In this document: positions 39,481 to 52,440 of the stretch, piece by piece | Position numbering within the stretch: the first letter of the stretch is position 1 | How the letters are laid out: each line of letters begins with the position of its first letter | NCBI GenBank assembly: GCA_017499595.2 | Contig: CM039006.1 | Span: forward strand, 496,001-560,000 | DNA length: 64,000 nt | Source of the DNA: Psilocybe cubensis | Lineage: Eukaryota | Reading direction: 5' to 3' | Notes under the pieces: generated by a model | Told to the model about the DNA's origin: nothing | Database searches by the model: none | The model's input: only the letters and a program-made list of their open reading frames with translations | Made by a program: the position numbers and the translations under genes

Positions 39481-41155
39481 TTAGATACGTTTGCTACCAG
39501 CCTTCCACGCTTGTGCACCGATACCCATCCCTGTCCCGAAACCACCAAAGGCACCAGACGCATCTCCACCGAAAGACCGTGTAGATGCGTGACCGACGCC
39601 GGCAGATGGTGGACCAGATCCCGCACTCTGGAATGAAGGACGGAACGACGACGTAGGTGCCGACTGGATGGAGAGATATTTGTTCGGAGGGGGTCGGTCG
39701 TCGCTGTTGAACTGGATGAAAGAAAACCAAAGTTAGAAGTGACGTCATAGATATTAAGGACAACACACCTGGAATTCAAGTCCAATGTTGTCGGCTTCAC
39801 TGACATCCAAAAGCTTGACTAGTCGTTTTCCAATTCCATTGAGCTTGTCGACGTCGTCCTTTCCGCGAGTCCAAACTTGGATCCGATCGACTTTGCTCCT
39901 CAAACTTACAACCGCGCCGCAGATCTCATCTCCATCCTCAAGCTCCTCGCCTACAAGCGCCATAGCAAGCCAGCTCCAACAGCGATCCAAAAGAGCAGGG
40001 TTGTTCTTCATTGTCAGAACCCATTTCCCGCCATTTGCGTTCGCGGGATCCTCCCACATGGGCTTGATGCCCGACTTGAAGATGTGATAGTTGCTGTTCT
40101 TCTCCAGCTTCGAGGGCGGCTTCAGCCAGTTGAAGTAGCGGCAGAATTCCTCGACGGTGTCAAATTCACCGATGACGGTGAGACCAGCTTCGTATTCTGT
40201 ACTCTCGGGTGGGTGAGAGGCAGAGTAGGGTTCGTTGACAGGGACGGTGGAGGAGTTGGTCCCTGGAGCTGGTTGACTGAAGCCGTGCCCTGGTGCAGCT
40301 GTCGCTGGCGTATAAGGGAACTTTGCTTTTGAGTCGTGATATATCGTCCTTTGATAGTATACATAAGTACATCTATATGCATTAAAATGAGAAAAAAACG
40401 CACCAAGGGAACTGCAGAGGATGCTCAGGTGCTTTCATCGGCACACCAGGCGTCTTGGGATCTTCAATCATCTCCGGCTCAGGTGGCATCGTCGAGCCGT
40501 CGACACTCAACTGACTCGCGCGCGTCTTCGCCAGGCGCGCAGTGATCGCATCCAAGCTGGGGATATTCTTGTACCCCACCTTCTTCTTCGGCGCCTCCGC
40601 AGCGACGGGGATGGGGATCTTCACCGTGCCATCCGCCGACGCCGTCTCCTGGTTCAGCTTCTCGAGCCCCTCCGTGGTGAGCGGCTCCCCGCCGCCATCT
40701 CCAGCAGCACTCGCCCCTGTTGTTGCGCTGCTCTGCTGAGATGCATTGCTGAATGCTGGCGACACGGATCGTGTGCTGGGGGCGTTCACCGCGATAGAGT
40801 CAGTAGTAGACGCCGCGGTGTTCAAGCTCGTTGTCGACCCCGTGCGCAGTGCAAACGCTGCGAGGCGTGGTCGTGGGGCCGAGGTCGTGCTAGGCTGGAG
40901 AGCGGGTGCTGTGCCTCCGTTGGCAGCGGCGGCGTTGCTGTTGATGCGAGCTGCGAGCTGGTTGAGCGAGGGCAGGCGAGCGCCGCCTGTTTTCTTTGTG
41001 GTGGACGAGGACGATGATGTCGACGATCCAGTCGCCGCAGTGGTTGTGATGGTGGGTGCCGCTGCTGGCGCGGGGCTTTCAGTGTCGTTGGAGCTCATCG
41101 TAGTTTGTGGTAGAGGAGCGTCGCCGTCGCCAAACAAGACCATCGTCGAAGACAT
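39481..41155 (-). CDS. eIF4E-family cap-binding protein with long low-complexity N-terminus (start may be the downstream Met near 41098)
   Basis: HPLQFPW/TIYHD, FDTVEEFCRYFN, YHIFKSGIKPMWEDPANANGGKW, ICGAVVSLRSKVDRIQVW. Three exons. Confidence 0.92.
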
Positions 41156-41885
41156 AACTCATCATTCTGCTTCCATCAACACAGAATCTTTGTCAACTCA
41201 TGGCGGTGCTCTCCCTTGATTGTTCCCAGCATCCATCCTCAGCGATTGCACAATCCACCGTGTGCGGCGGTGCGCTTTAATGTCTGGAAGCTGACTTCAG
41301 CGTTTATCTCATTGTTATCTTGATCCCACTTTGGCATTTCCTAATGAATCATTCAGGGGCACATGGCTTCACAGGCGAATTGTCGTTTAACTTCTGGAAC
41401 GACCCTGAGTAATCTGATAATCTGTACATAGGAAGATTATCTTGACTCTCAAATATGCATTGTATACAACAAAGTAGCAGGAAGGCGATGGATGCGGCAG
41501 ATTCGCATTCGATAAGGTGGACCACTCTCGCATGATGTATTTTCCTTATTGCGTGGCGTATCCTTTGACCGGACCTTACAAAAACAAATGGCCAATTGCC
41601 CAAAAGACACCAACGCTAGTACCATACGACAAATAACTCAACACCTTGGTGTGTAACAAACTTTCAAGCGAGCACTATCCGCATCTGATCTGGATTACTG
41701 CTTATACAGATCTCTGAAGACAATGAAAGGACAATATGTCGATAACAAATGGCAAAATCTCACTTCCCTATTTCTTCCTATCCATACAGGATTCTCCACA
41801 ATGACGGTCGACACCAACGAAGATGTGTACCCTCGAGTGTGAACAGCCCCTGCGGCATACTGGCTACCAAAGGCACCCTAATACG

Positions 41886-41983
41886 GCCCGCCTAGCTCAA
41901 TCGGATAGAGCGTCAGACTTTTACGGTCATGGCAATGGGCATTGGAAATCTGAAGGCTGCGAGTTCGACCCTCGCGGTGGGCT
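41886..41983 (+). tRNA. tRNA-Lys(TTT) with 24-nt intron
   Basis: Full cloverleaf, anticodon loop CT-TTT-A[intron]A, downstream T-run. Confidence 0.95.
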
Positions 41984-42124
41984 ACTGTATCATCTTTTTG
42001 CATCTCCACCGAGTCCCTGCGCGTTGTTGTGACTCATATTTTTTGAAAAGATTTCCCGGAGGTACCATTGAAAAAATTTTCTCCTTTGTATTGTCCAAAA
42101 TGCCTTATGTAAGTCACAAGACAT

Positions 42125-42216
42125 GCCCGCCTAGCTCAATCGGATAGAGCGTCAGACTTTTACGGTCTTGTAATAGGGCAATCTGAAGGCTGCGAGTTCG
42201 ACCCTCGCGGTGGGCT
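42125..42216 (+). tRNA. tRNA-Lys(TTT) with 18-nt intron
   Basis: Exons identical to 41886-41983, different intron, downstream T-run. Confidence 0.95.
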
Positions 42217-42719
42217 ATCGTCTCAATTTTTTGCACTTTTTCAACAGGATTCTCTTTAGGAAAGCTGGAAAGAGGCGCCCAAGTAATCTGCTCAACTTAT
42301 AAAACAATTTTATCTTCTTCATTTCAAGAAAAAACATGAGTAGCAGGCACACTAAAAACATAACGAACACAAAAGACTATGTCCGTACTGTATACAACGG
42401 TACTTCACTTGGTTCTCCATGGACAATTCACTTTACCCTGGTAAAGTAATAGAATTTTCTCACCGTACCGTTAGGCATCATACAAAAATGGCCATGAATG
42501 AGTCGACGACAATTGGGATGTGGGGATGGATTGGAATTGTGGATTGTGTGGAGGTGGGTTAGGTTGGATGAAGGCCGCAATACAGCTCAAAATCGTATCG
42601 TAACGATGTTGAACTGGCCTACGGCCTCCTACACAAGATGAGGCAACGTCATAAGAGCATATCGATCGACAACGCTCCTTTCTACTTACGCCTCCCCCGC
42701 CCAGCGCAGCACCGCGAGC

Positions 42720-44693
42720 TCATACGGTGGACCTGATCTGGCGCGTCTCCATCGTGCGCGAGAATTGTTCTTCCAGCTTCTCGAAGTACCCGTCAATCTC
42801 CACCAACGGCGCGAGCCCGCAGCACTTGCTCTCGAGGTGTTGTATCAAGCCCGAGATGAGGGTGAACTCCCTGCCGCACTTCACATTCGGACATTTAAAC
42901 TCGGCGGCGTCGTGTGCCGCCGAATTTAAATGGCTATTGAGTGCGGGCAGGGACTTAAATGTCGCCTCGCAGAGGAAGCACGCGTAGGCGCTGCCATTGA
43001 AGGCAGCCGCCGTTGCGACGTAGGTGGTGATGGCAGGCACGGGCGGCGGGGTGGCGCTGTTGGTGTAGTCTTGAATGGTGATTTGAGGCACGACGCCCAT
43101 GCTTTTGATTGCGGCGGTGACATGGTGGCGGTGGAACTCGTGTACACCCGCCTCGATGTGTTGAGAGATTCCAGAGGGGCTTTTGAACAAATCCGTGCAG
43201 AAAACGCACTTCATGTCGCGTGGGCGATTTGCTATGGACTGGTTTCCTTTCGTCGACACTTTGGTATTGGTGGTAGCAGGAACAATTGCTGGATCTAAGT
43301 CATGGTTATGCTTAGTCGCAAGAATATGCTATCGCATGGGATTCAACAACAATATTAAGCAAACTATGTAAGTCCTCGAAAAGATTGAGAAGACCTACAT
43401 CTGCGAGGCTAAAGTAGAATCTAAAGTCCGACTTGCATTCCCTGCATGTTAAGGTGCCCTGGTTCTTCAATGCAACAATTGTTGCATGACGTGTATCTTC
43501 CTCGTTATGCTGCACATAATGAAGCGTCGAGTCAATAACCAATAGTATGACGGTGCGACAGAAAGACTTGCCTTGTCGAATTTGATTTTCCTTTTGAATA
43601 TCATTTTGCATGCCTCGCATTTAAAAACGTGAGCCTTTCCTGGAGATCGTAGGTGCTGGACAAAAGTAGGTTTCTATGTCAGATAATCCAAGTGCCCATA
43701 TAAGGTGACAGGAATACCTCCTCAAGGGCTTCTTTTGTGGTGAAAGACTGTTTACACAGGTCACAGACCACTACGCATGCAGCTGGGGTATTTTTCATCG
43801 GTTTAGCGGGGGATGGGTGTGAGGCCTTGATATGCTGGACAATACACAATTAACTAGGGGTCATCACAAGGGAAAAGGTTTAACGTACATCTTCGATCCC
43901 CATCTTGGTCCCAAATGCACGGGTACACAATTCGCATGGGAATCGTTTGTGGGTAAATTTTGTGTGCTTTGCAAAAACAGTATGGACCCGTCAGATATTT
44001 CCTTCGGTTTAGCACTAAATTTTGCAAAAAAAGAAAGTACCTCATTGAGCTCTCCCATAGTGTTAAAAATCAACGGGCAAAGAAGGCACCGTGAAAATGT
44101 TGGAGAGGACGTGGGGGTTGATTGCGATGGATGGCATGCTTGACGGTGCTATACAGACTACTAAGTACCCGTCATTTCGCGGAGAAATGGATGGCCTACT
44201 GTAGAAAGGCCCAGCTGGGTCGTAAACGACCGGGAGCATGAAACACATCTATATAGTGCATGAGAACGCCCAGGTTGACGTTTATGCTGTGGAATAACCA
44301 AAACCAATAAATGTGGCGCCTCAGATGCTTTTTTCTAAGGGAAACAGCGACGTACACCTTCAAGACCTTCACCTGTCTTGAACTTCCGATTGCAGATATC
44401 GCAATTGAAGTTCTTCTTTTTGCTTGTCTTCGCGAGGCCATTGCATCCATTTTGGGCATGCTGTAACAGGTCATCCGGTCAACAATTAGTTGTAGGGATA
44501 GATTGACTTCGCAGACCGTCGACAACCCTTCATTAGATGTATATCTTGTGTCGCAATGACTACACTTGTATAAAATGGAGTCCAACCCCCGGTTGAGATG
44601 TCGTTTAGCTTCGCAATGTGATTTCAAGGCCTGCAAAGTCGTAAAGACCTTGCTACACGTGGTCTTCGTGCCACATGCATATACCAGAGTCAT
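42720..44693 (-). CDS. Multi-C2H2 zinc-finger protein (nine exons)
   Basis: Repeated CxxC..F.....L..|H units joined in frame by phase-0 introns, one of them GC-AG. Last exon contains YACFLCEATFKSLPALNSHLNSAAH. Confidence 0.85.
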
Positions 44694-46043
44694 GATAAAA
44701 AAAAGGGGATGCGCTTTCTGTGGTCAGTAGTGGCTCGACGCAAAAGGTGGGCGATGGATAGATGTGGGGTGAGAACAGGCCCACAGTCCGGGCATCACCT
44801 TTATATACGCTACAGCCAGTCCGGAACTTTCCTCGAGTTCCCACCCAGAATTGTTCACTCGAAATAAATCCTCAAGGATCACGACGCACGTATATGTACG
44901 TATTTAAGCTCAAAGTTTATCGCTTGGCAACAATGGGAATGGACATTGAACAAGGTGATTTGGTCGGTCGTCGATACGAACTTGTTGAGAGGTCAAATCT
45001 GGTCGAACGGCTTTGAGCGCTTAATTGAACAAACTGTTAATTTGCTGATCAAGGAACGAGAATATAATATACTCATATTGAAATATACATTACAGTGGCA
45101 ATCGTTGTTATCTCTGGGTCAAAGATAAGCATCTGTATCACGTTGACAAAATAATTTTTGATTAAATACAACAGTTACCAGCCATGCACAACACGAGTGG
45201 TGAGTCGTGTTAGATAAAACGGCATTCTAACGACGCTCAATACCACCATCAGCTTCGTTGCCCATTTGGAATGCTTCTATACATCGCTGTCCCAAGCTAT
45301 GGGGCCTTCTGACTAATGTGAAACGATAGAATTGGAAACGATAGCTATGAGCATTGAGACTATACACATTGTTAATTCACTCCCCAGTCGGAACCACCCG
45401 CAGGCAATACAGTCTCCCAGTTTCTCAGTGAAAGCATTCAGAACATGCGCATATGTGATGTATCGATGGAGCAGACGCTAAGGGCAATAAAAATCTTTCC
45501 GGCTTTTTTGCTAGATCACTAACAACCTTGCAAAAGACAGAGGAGTTCAAGCAAGATTTAGGCCACGCGGCTCATTGACACGCATACGAATTACGATTGG
45601 TCCGGCATACAGCGTCACTAACTTCCATTTCCGGTTATCCCCCTAAAGTCTGACACTTAGGGGCAGGGGTACTGTAGGGGTGTACTAATATTCCATCGTC
45701 CACTTTCGAGCAAGTTTTGCGCATAGAGTGGGGAGTACGATATGCGCTTTATTAAATATAAAAGTGACTTAGAAGGTGGTTTTATTTAGGGTCAATTTAA
45801 TTGGTGAATCAACTAAGCAATTTACACATAATAAAAGTACAAAAGAAGCAAAATTTAGAATGAGCTAGACTGGAATTATCTCGATTTTTCCAACCAGCTT
45901 TGAAACATGTAAGGAGATTGAGTGATAATTTTTTAAAAGTGTTTCGTTCCTCCGCGTTAAATGAATCTATCTGATGTTCGTCAGTTTCGAAATGAAAGGT
46001 ATAATGCGTGGTACAAACCTGAATGAAGCAAAAAAAACCGTTA

Positions 46044-47355
46044 TTAGGAAATAAACACAATTGACCTCTCACAAAGAGGCTTCAGGTGTTTCTGCAGAAC
46101 GTTCTTCACATAATTTGAGACCGGAAACGAGATCCACAGCGTGACAGAGAAATCGTGCGTTGTTTTCGATAGAGTGTCCAGGATGGCGCTGAAATCGTTC
46201 CATCCTGCATCTTCAAAACCAGACAGAGACAGCTCAGCAAAGTCATCAATGCTGAGTACTAGCTTAGCTCTTTTTAAGAGCTTGTTGCTACAAATTTGGG
46301 ACAGATAGTTAGTGATCAACTGCAAACGATTTGCACGATGGTTTGGACGGTTACGGTCCCATTTACTCCATATACACCCGGAGATTATCAAAGTCTCGAG
46401 AAAGGGGACAATGCCGAGATCCAAAAAGCTTTCGTTATAGAACGGCGATGTAATGACTGCGGGGAATGCGTTAGGGTACGGTGAGCATTCATATCGAAGA
46501 TGAAAGCTCACTGTTACTGCTGAAGCAGATATGTAGATATTTTAAGGTATTGGCGCATCCACGCAAGACCTGTGACATTGAGTGTACGTCTTCTGCCGTC
46601 GCCTCCATGGGTGTGTCAATGATCATGGAAATATGGGTAAGTTGTTTGAGATTGACAGTACAATTCTCGGATTGTAACCAAGGATAGAGGGTTGGCCAGT
46701 CACTACTGCTATGAGAATTATAATAGAAATTGGTGAGCTTTGTTGTGTTGAGGGGTTCAACGGCTGGAGGGAAGTCGGTGTTGAAGTTGACATTACTGAA
46801 ATGTAAAGTCTCCAGGTGTGGAATGTTGCTAAGAATTAGCAACGGCACATTCCGAATCCAGTCCAAAGTCAAAGTACGGAGTGCCGGTATCTTCGATAAA
46901 ATCGCGGATTGCAGATCTTCTGTCCAGCAATTGAAATTAAGCCTGCCTAGGTATCCATGGCCAATGATAGAGAAGTTTTCCAGCTCAGAGAGAAGCGGCA
47001 AGATTTTTGCTATGGCGAGATCTTGTCTGATCCATGAATTCGCCTCACTGTAAGTCCATTCCGGATCCGATGACTCTCGTTGATCGGAGATTTGGAGATC
47101 AACAACCAGCCTGCAAAGATGGGGAGAGTGGTTTATCGCTTCAAGAAATGTTTCCGCAGGACTGAATACCGATGAAGCTTTGTCACTACGTTGAAACGGA
47201 CTATCCAGGACGACACGTTTAAAAAGTAGACGTTGGCTGCGATAAGTGAATTGCCGACTGATGAGTGCACAGTTAACGAGGGATTCTTTATCGTCGTGTA
47301 AATTATTAAGGATAGCTTCGTATATCTCTGATGGAATGTTGGATTTTGTCTCCAT
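46044..47355 (-). CDS. F-box domain protein with LRR-like C-terminal region
   Basis: IPSEIYEAILNNL..DKESLVNCALISRQF...SQRLLF, followed by LxxLxL-type repeats. Confidence 0.8.
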
Positions 47356-47628
47356 GTGAATGTATGAGTACGTGGGTCCTGGGCGCAAGCAACGGGGGAA
47401 ATGAGGACGAGAAGGAGGACGGGAAAGGGATCAGAAACAGTTCGGCATGAATCGGAGCTTGAATCAACGATCCAAATATGGTCCACGGCCCGTACTTGAC
47501 AGCGTTGATTGCCGGTTTACTGATCATAGGATTCAGCGGCTGTATTATTGCACATCGTCTCACAACGTCGGTCGCTTCCTCGACTAGCTATCCCTTCAGA
47601 TTATTGGGATAAGCTCTTTAGTCACAAG

Positions 47629-48461
47629 ATGCCCCCAGCTTTTCTTGCAGTGGCTTCGCAACCGTCCTCTCAGCTATCCCTCAATGAATTTCACGACTGG
47701 TATGAGGAAGAACATATACCCCTACGTCTTAATCGGCTTCCATCGTTTCTGTCGGGCGCGCGGTATTATGCAGCGGATCACGACGTCAGCCCTCCAGCAG
47801 ATGAAACCCGACCTGGATGGTTAGCAATGTATGAGATCGACGACACCCAGACTTTCTCTGACGAAAGCTATACGAACTTAAGGCTCCAGAGAAGTGAAAG
47901 AGAGAAGGGAGTCATGAACCGATTGTCTGTTCTGACAAGGAAGACAGGTGAATTGCTTGGCGTATGGGGAGAGGATGAAGGCACACAAGGAATCCAGACA
48001 ACCGGGTTGAAAGTTGGGAAACCTTCGGAGTGGATCATCACACATGGCATAAGCGCTACTGTGAGCGGGGATGAAGGTGTCATAGATCTGGATGACAAAC
48101 TGAAGAAATGGGCGGTAATTGTGACGCAAATACTGAAGGAAGACAGCAACGGGTGGATACGAACAAGGTTGGTAAAGGTACTTGAAAAGGGCGTCACAAA
48201 AATGGGCATCAACGCGGAGCTGGAAAAGGAGGAAGAGAGCATTAATTATTTTGCCGTTCATGGTACGCTATTGCGTAGAATGGAACTCATTGCGATTTCG
48301 CTGATATTTGGACAGAATTCCTTGATCAAGGCGCAGCTATGAGTGAGGCGACAAAGGCTGTTATTAGGCGGACCTGCAACCAGCACCTAGAATTGGCAGA
48401 CTGGAGAATTTGGAAGCTGCTTCGGGCGTATCCTTGTATTGCACAACACAACTTACACTGA
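47629..48461 (+). CDS. EthD-like / dimeric alpha-beta barrel fungal protein
   Basis: EFHDWYEEEHIPLRL...FLSGARY...WLAMYEI motif. One intron. Confidence 0.7.
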
Positions 48462-48564
48462 CCTACGAGTTAGGAAGGCCACAACCTGGATGGATTGAAT
48501 ACATTCAGACGGAGTCAAAATGACAAACATGATGGTCTAGGGAGTACAATTTTACTCTCCAACT

Positions 48565-49930
48565 TTAGGGATGTTCACGCAAATACTTCTCCGTTGTCTC
48601 CCATAAATCATCCTGTACTTGAGTACTCATAGTTGCGGGCGCGGGGCTAATGATTCGACCAACAGGATAAAGATAGGCACCCTTGTACTTGTCCGCGCAT
48701 TGTCGCACAATCGGTGAAGCGGCAGCAAGAGCAGAGTTGTATGCACCTTCCTCTGGGCCTTTGAAGAAGATCGAGGCGATGAAGTTTGTTAGCCGTGGAT
48801 AGTTGAAGTGGGTATGGAACGTCGTGTTGACTGTCCCAGGGTGAATCGACATGCAGATGATGCTTGTCGAGGATAGCTTGCGTTGAAGAGCATTAGAAAA
48901 GGTGACCATAGCGAGTTTGGAGACGACTGTTTCGAAGATAGAGATGTTAGTGAGCATGACTTAGTAAAAGTCTGAACTCACTGTATCGAGACATCCAGGG
49001 TACCATGTCGTTGGCGTAGGTCTCCTTGAATGGCTCGATGGTGCTAAAATCAACAAAGGGTTTCGATCCCAATCCTCGTCGATGTATTTCTGATGAAACC
49101 TGGGGGATTAGCGTCAGATTATGACTATATTATTGTCTCTTTTAAGACAATAATTGACATTAACGATTCTAACATCAGAGTTAGTTTCCTCGGACGTCTT
49201 GATAAGCAGAGGAAGGAGTGATTTTGTAAATTGGAATGTTCCAAAATGACTAAATAATTTGGTCAACTTCTGTTCATATCAAGACAAGAAGGATCAAAAT
49301 TTCACTTGGTCATCGACATTTCTGTTATACCTGGAAATGCCCCAAGACGTCAGCCACATCTAGCTTCCGTATGAAACTACGGATAATCGACAAACCATTA
49401 GCAGCTGTTTTATCGGTAGTGTCGTATGTACTGCAGTGCTCGTGAGTGCAGGTTCATAATTAGGCACAGAAGGCGGCTTTCTGCATACCATCCAGCATTA
49501 TTGACTGGTAAAACAATGAACTCGGAAACATGTTTTGGTTTGAATGCACGAACCAAGAATATCGAGACGATTCTCTAGTTTGAGAAAATTTTCTGCAGCT
49601 TGTCTAGCAGAAGCCGGTGTGCCAATATCGCATTGAAGGGCTATGACCTGACCAGCCGCTATACCCTCATCAGTCAGCTTCTGTACCGCCTCGATTCCCT
49701 TCTCCTCTGATCGTGAACCCAGGTACACCTTTGCACCTTTTACCGCCAGGTGTTTGACTGTAGCACAACTGTAGCATATCCAATATTTGTGCTACGCGAG
49801 ACGATGAGATTCTACCCTGAAGAAACACCACACCAGCTTGGTTTGCTTACTTGGCGCCTGTAATGAGAGCGACCTTCCCAGAAAGGTCATTCAGGTCGGT
49901 CTTGGGGTCAAATTTCTTGGAGAACAGCAT
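48565..49930 (-). pseudogene. Short-chain dehydrogenase/reductase (retinol-DH-like) with an 11-bp insertion in exon 2
   Basis: DLSGKVALITGA, RLDIL/VNNAG, VRIVN/VSS, YxxSK, SIHPGTV. A duplicated TGCTACAGT shifts the frame after the Gly-rich motif. Confidence 0.8.
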
Positions 49931-50555
49931 GTTCTTCTGTATCTGGGGATATGGTTGAGTGAAGTTCCTAGTAATAAAGTTGGAGGTTTGGTGACTGAAG
50001 TGAACGACGAACCGAAGTAAGCCTTTGAACGTCGGTCCTTTGTGAGGTGGGCCACGCTTAGCGTAAAAATAGACCCTCAAACCCCAGTTCGTAAACGAAA
50101 TATAGGACGAGCGGGTTTGATCGGAGTACAAATAGGTCCTCAACACGAAACTGATGATGTATTGCCAGTACTAGAAAAGAGTTTCCAGCTTACTGTTATT
50201 GCATCGGTAATCCTCTATTTACCCAGGCAGTCGTATATTTTTAGGATCATTATATTTAATCGTTCCGACAATGACGAGAAGACTGTTGAAATATCTCAGT
50301 TAAAAGGTCCCAACGGTTGCTTTCTAACTCAACTGTACTGGCAAGTCGGCCATTGAATATCCATTTCTGATACTGCTAAATAGCCAATATATCTGTGTTC
50401 AAATACATAACATATCGTTAAATATAGAAACAAGCTCATGATCGGCACATGGGGGATTTCTATGATGTCACGAATGAATCTGGAGCACCTCCGCCCAAGG
50501 GCCAAAACATATCAACGTTGCTCATTTCCCACTCAATAAACTCTCCCTACCTACC

Positions 50556-52440
50556 ATGGATCCTACGAACAAGCCAAAAGGACCATCTCCCCACTATTCC
50601 CTATACCAACGGGAAGTTTTCAAAAATGGCGGTGAAAAAGGCGTCCGTTAGTGCTCGCCTTTGATGGCTCAAAAAATCATCGCTGAGAGTTGTTTCTCTA
50701 TATGTTACTAGTTCCTAGTTTCTCGGTACACGCAGAAGAGCTTTCGAACTCTGTGAAAACCAAACTGAACGACCGTGGATACTTCTATGTCAATTCCAAT
50801 GCAGGACTTGGCTGGACTGATAGAGCGAATAGGTGAGTGACGTTCACTTTCAAATTCACGTTATCACAATGTAGCTCAAATACATGATGCCTTCTCTTGA
50901 ACTAGAGAGGCCTTTTACAAGTGGAGGATCATCCCTAGAATGCTAGTCGATACAAACACTCGAAACCTTACCAGTGCGCATCGGAGATATTTTCCTTCAG
51001 ACGTTGATCTGACGCATCTCTTAAGCGGAACTATTTGGCCACCACCTACCTGCTCCGATTCTATTTGCACCTATTGGAATTAATAAGCTTTATCATAGTC
51101 AAGGAGAGTTGGTTCCAGCAAAGATTGCGGGAGAGCTTGGTCTTCCCGTATGTAACAAATTTTCGAGATTCCAAAATCGTTCTCATACAGCAATCCTACA
51201 TTTAGTACTGCCTGTCCACGGCGGGATCGCAATCCATTGAAGACGTAGCCAGGGCTAATGACGCAGGTGCCATATGATGATACGGGTATTCATGGCGAAG
51301 GAGCTTCGAAAGCACCGAGGTTCTTTCAGCTTTACATGGGCCATGACGACGAAGTGGTGGGTATAATTTGACATTCTTTACGACACATTAATGAATCATT
51401 TCACCTTTGAAGACGATCAGTCTCCTAGAACGTGCTTGGAAGAGTGGATTTGACGTCTGTATGTTAACGTTGGACACCTGGCAGCTTGGATGGCGGCCTA
51501 CTGATATTAACATTGCCAACTATACGTCAGTTTCTTTTCGCCTTTGACGAAATAATGTCCTTCATACTGATTGCCTTGCAGCTTCTACTATCCTGGAAGT
51601 GTAGGTGTTTATTTATTGCTCAAGTTTCAAGCTCTGACTGCTCCTATATCATAAGGTTGGAAATGAGATCGGAGAGTCTGATCCAGTCTTTATGAGGAAA
51701 TATGGGGACGAGCTGAAGAAAGACAGCGGAAAATGGATCGATTCATCGGTGTGGCACGGTAAAGCGCACACCTGGGAAAAAATACCATGGGTAATCAAAG
51801 AGGTGCGAATATACCTCATGAAAACAAAAACAAACTTGATGAACTGTTTTATACTTAGTGGAAGCGTATATCAAACGGTCGCCCATTCCTTTTGAAAGGC
51901 ATACAGAGTGTGGATGATGCGCGCAAGGCTTTGGAGCTGGGCTGTGAAGGAATTGTGGTGTCCAATCATGCTGGACGTCAGGTGGATGGCGCAGTTGGAA
52001 GCTTGGAAGTTCTTCCAGACATAGTCGATGCTGTTGGAGATAGTATGTTGAGAATTCATCAACTATATTTTGTCAGACGTTGACTTTAATGACAGAAATG
52101 AAGATCATCTTCGATTCAGGAATAAGGACCGGAGCGGATATTTTCAAAGCCATTGCATTAGGCGCGCACGCTGTTCAGGTGGGACGCCTTTATGTCTGGG
52201 GAATGTCACATGAAGGAGAAAGTGGATGCCGCCATGTTATGAAGAGTCTCCTTGCTGTGAGTTCTATCTATTCTTTAATATGTATTGGACATTCACTTAA
52301 TTCCTGTAATTTCGAAGGATCTGGATATTTTAATGACGGTTGCAGGTTATCAATCAATTACCAGTGATGTTACAAGAAAAGCATTGCGGTACAATCCTCA
52401 CGGAACATTCCCTGCACCTCAAGAACATGCAAAGTTATGA
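50556..52440 (+). CDS. FMN-dependent alpha-hydroxy acid oxidase/dehydrogenase (lactate 2-monooxygenase-like), possible frameshift near 51270
   Basis: PILFAPIG, RFFQLY, LTLDTWQLGWRP, LKGIQSVDDA, GIVVSNHAGRQVD, FDSGIRTG. Confidence 0.88.
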
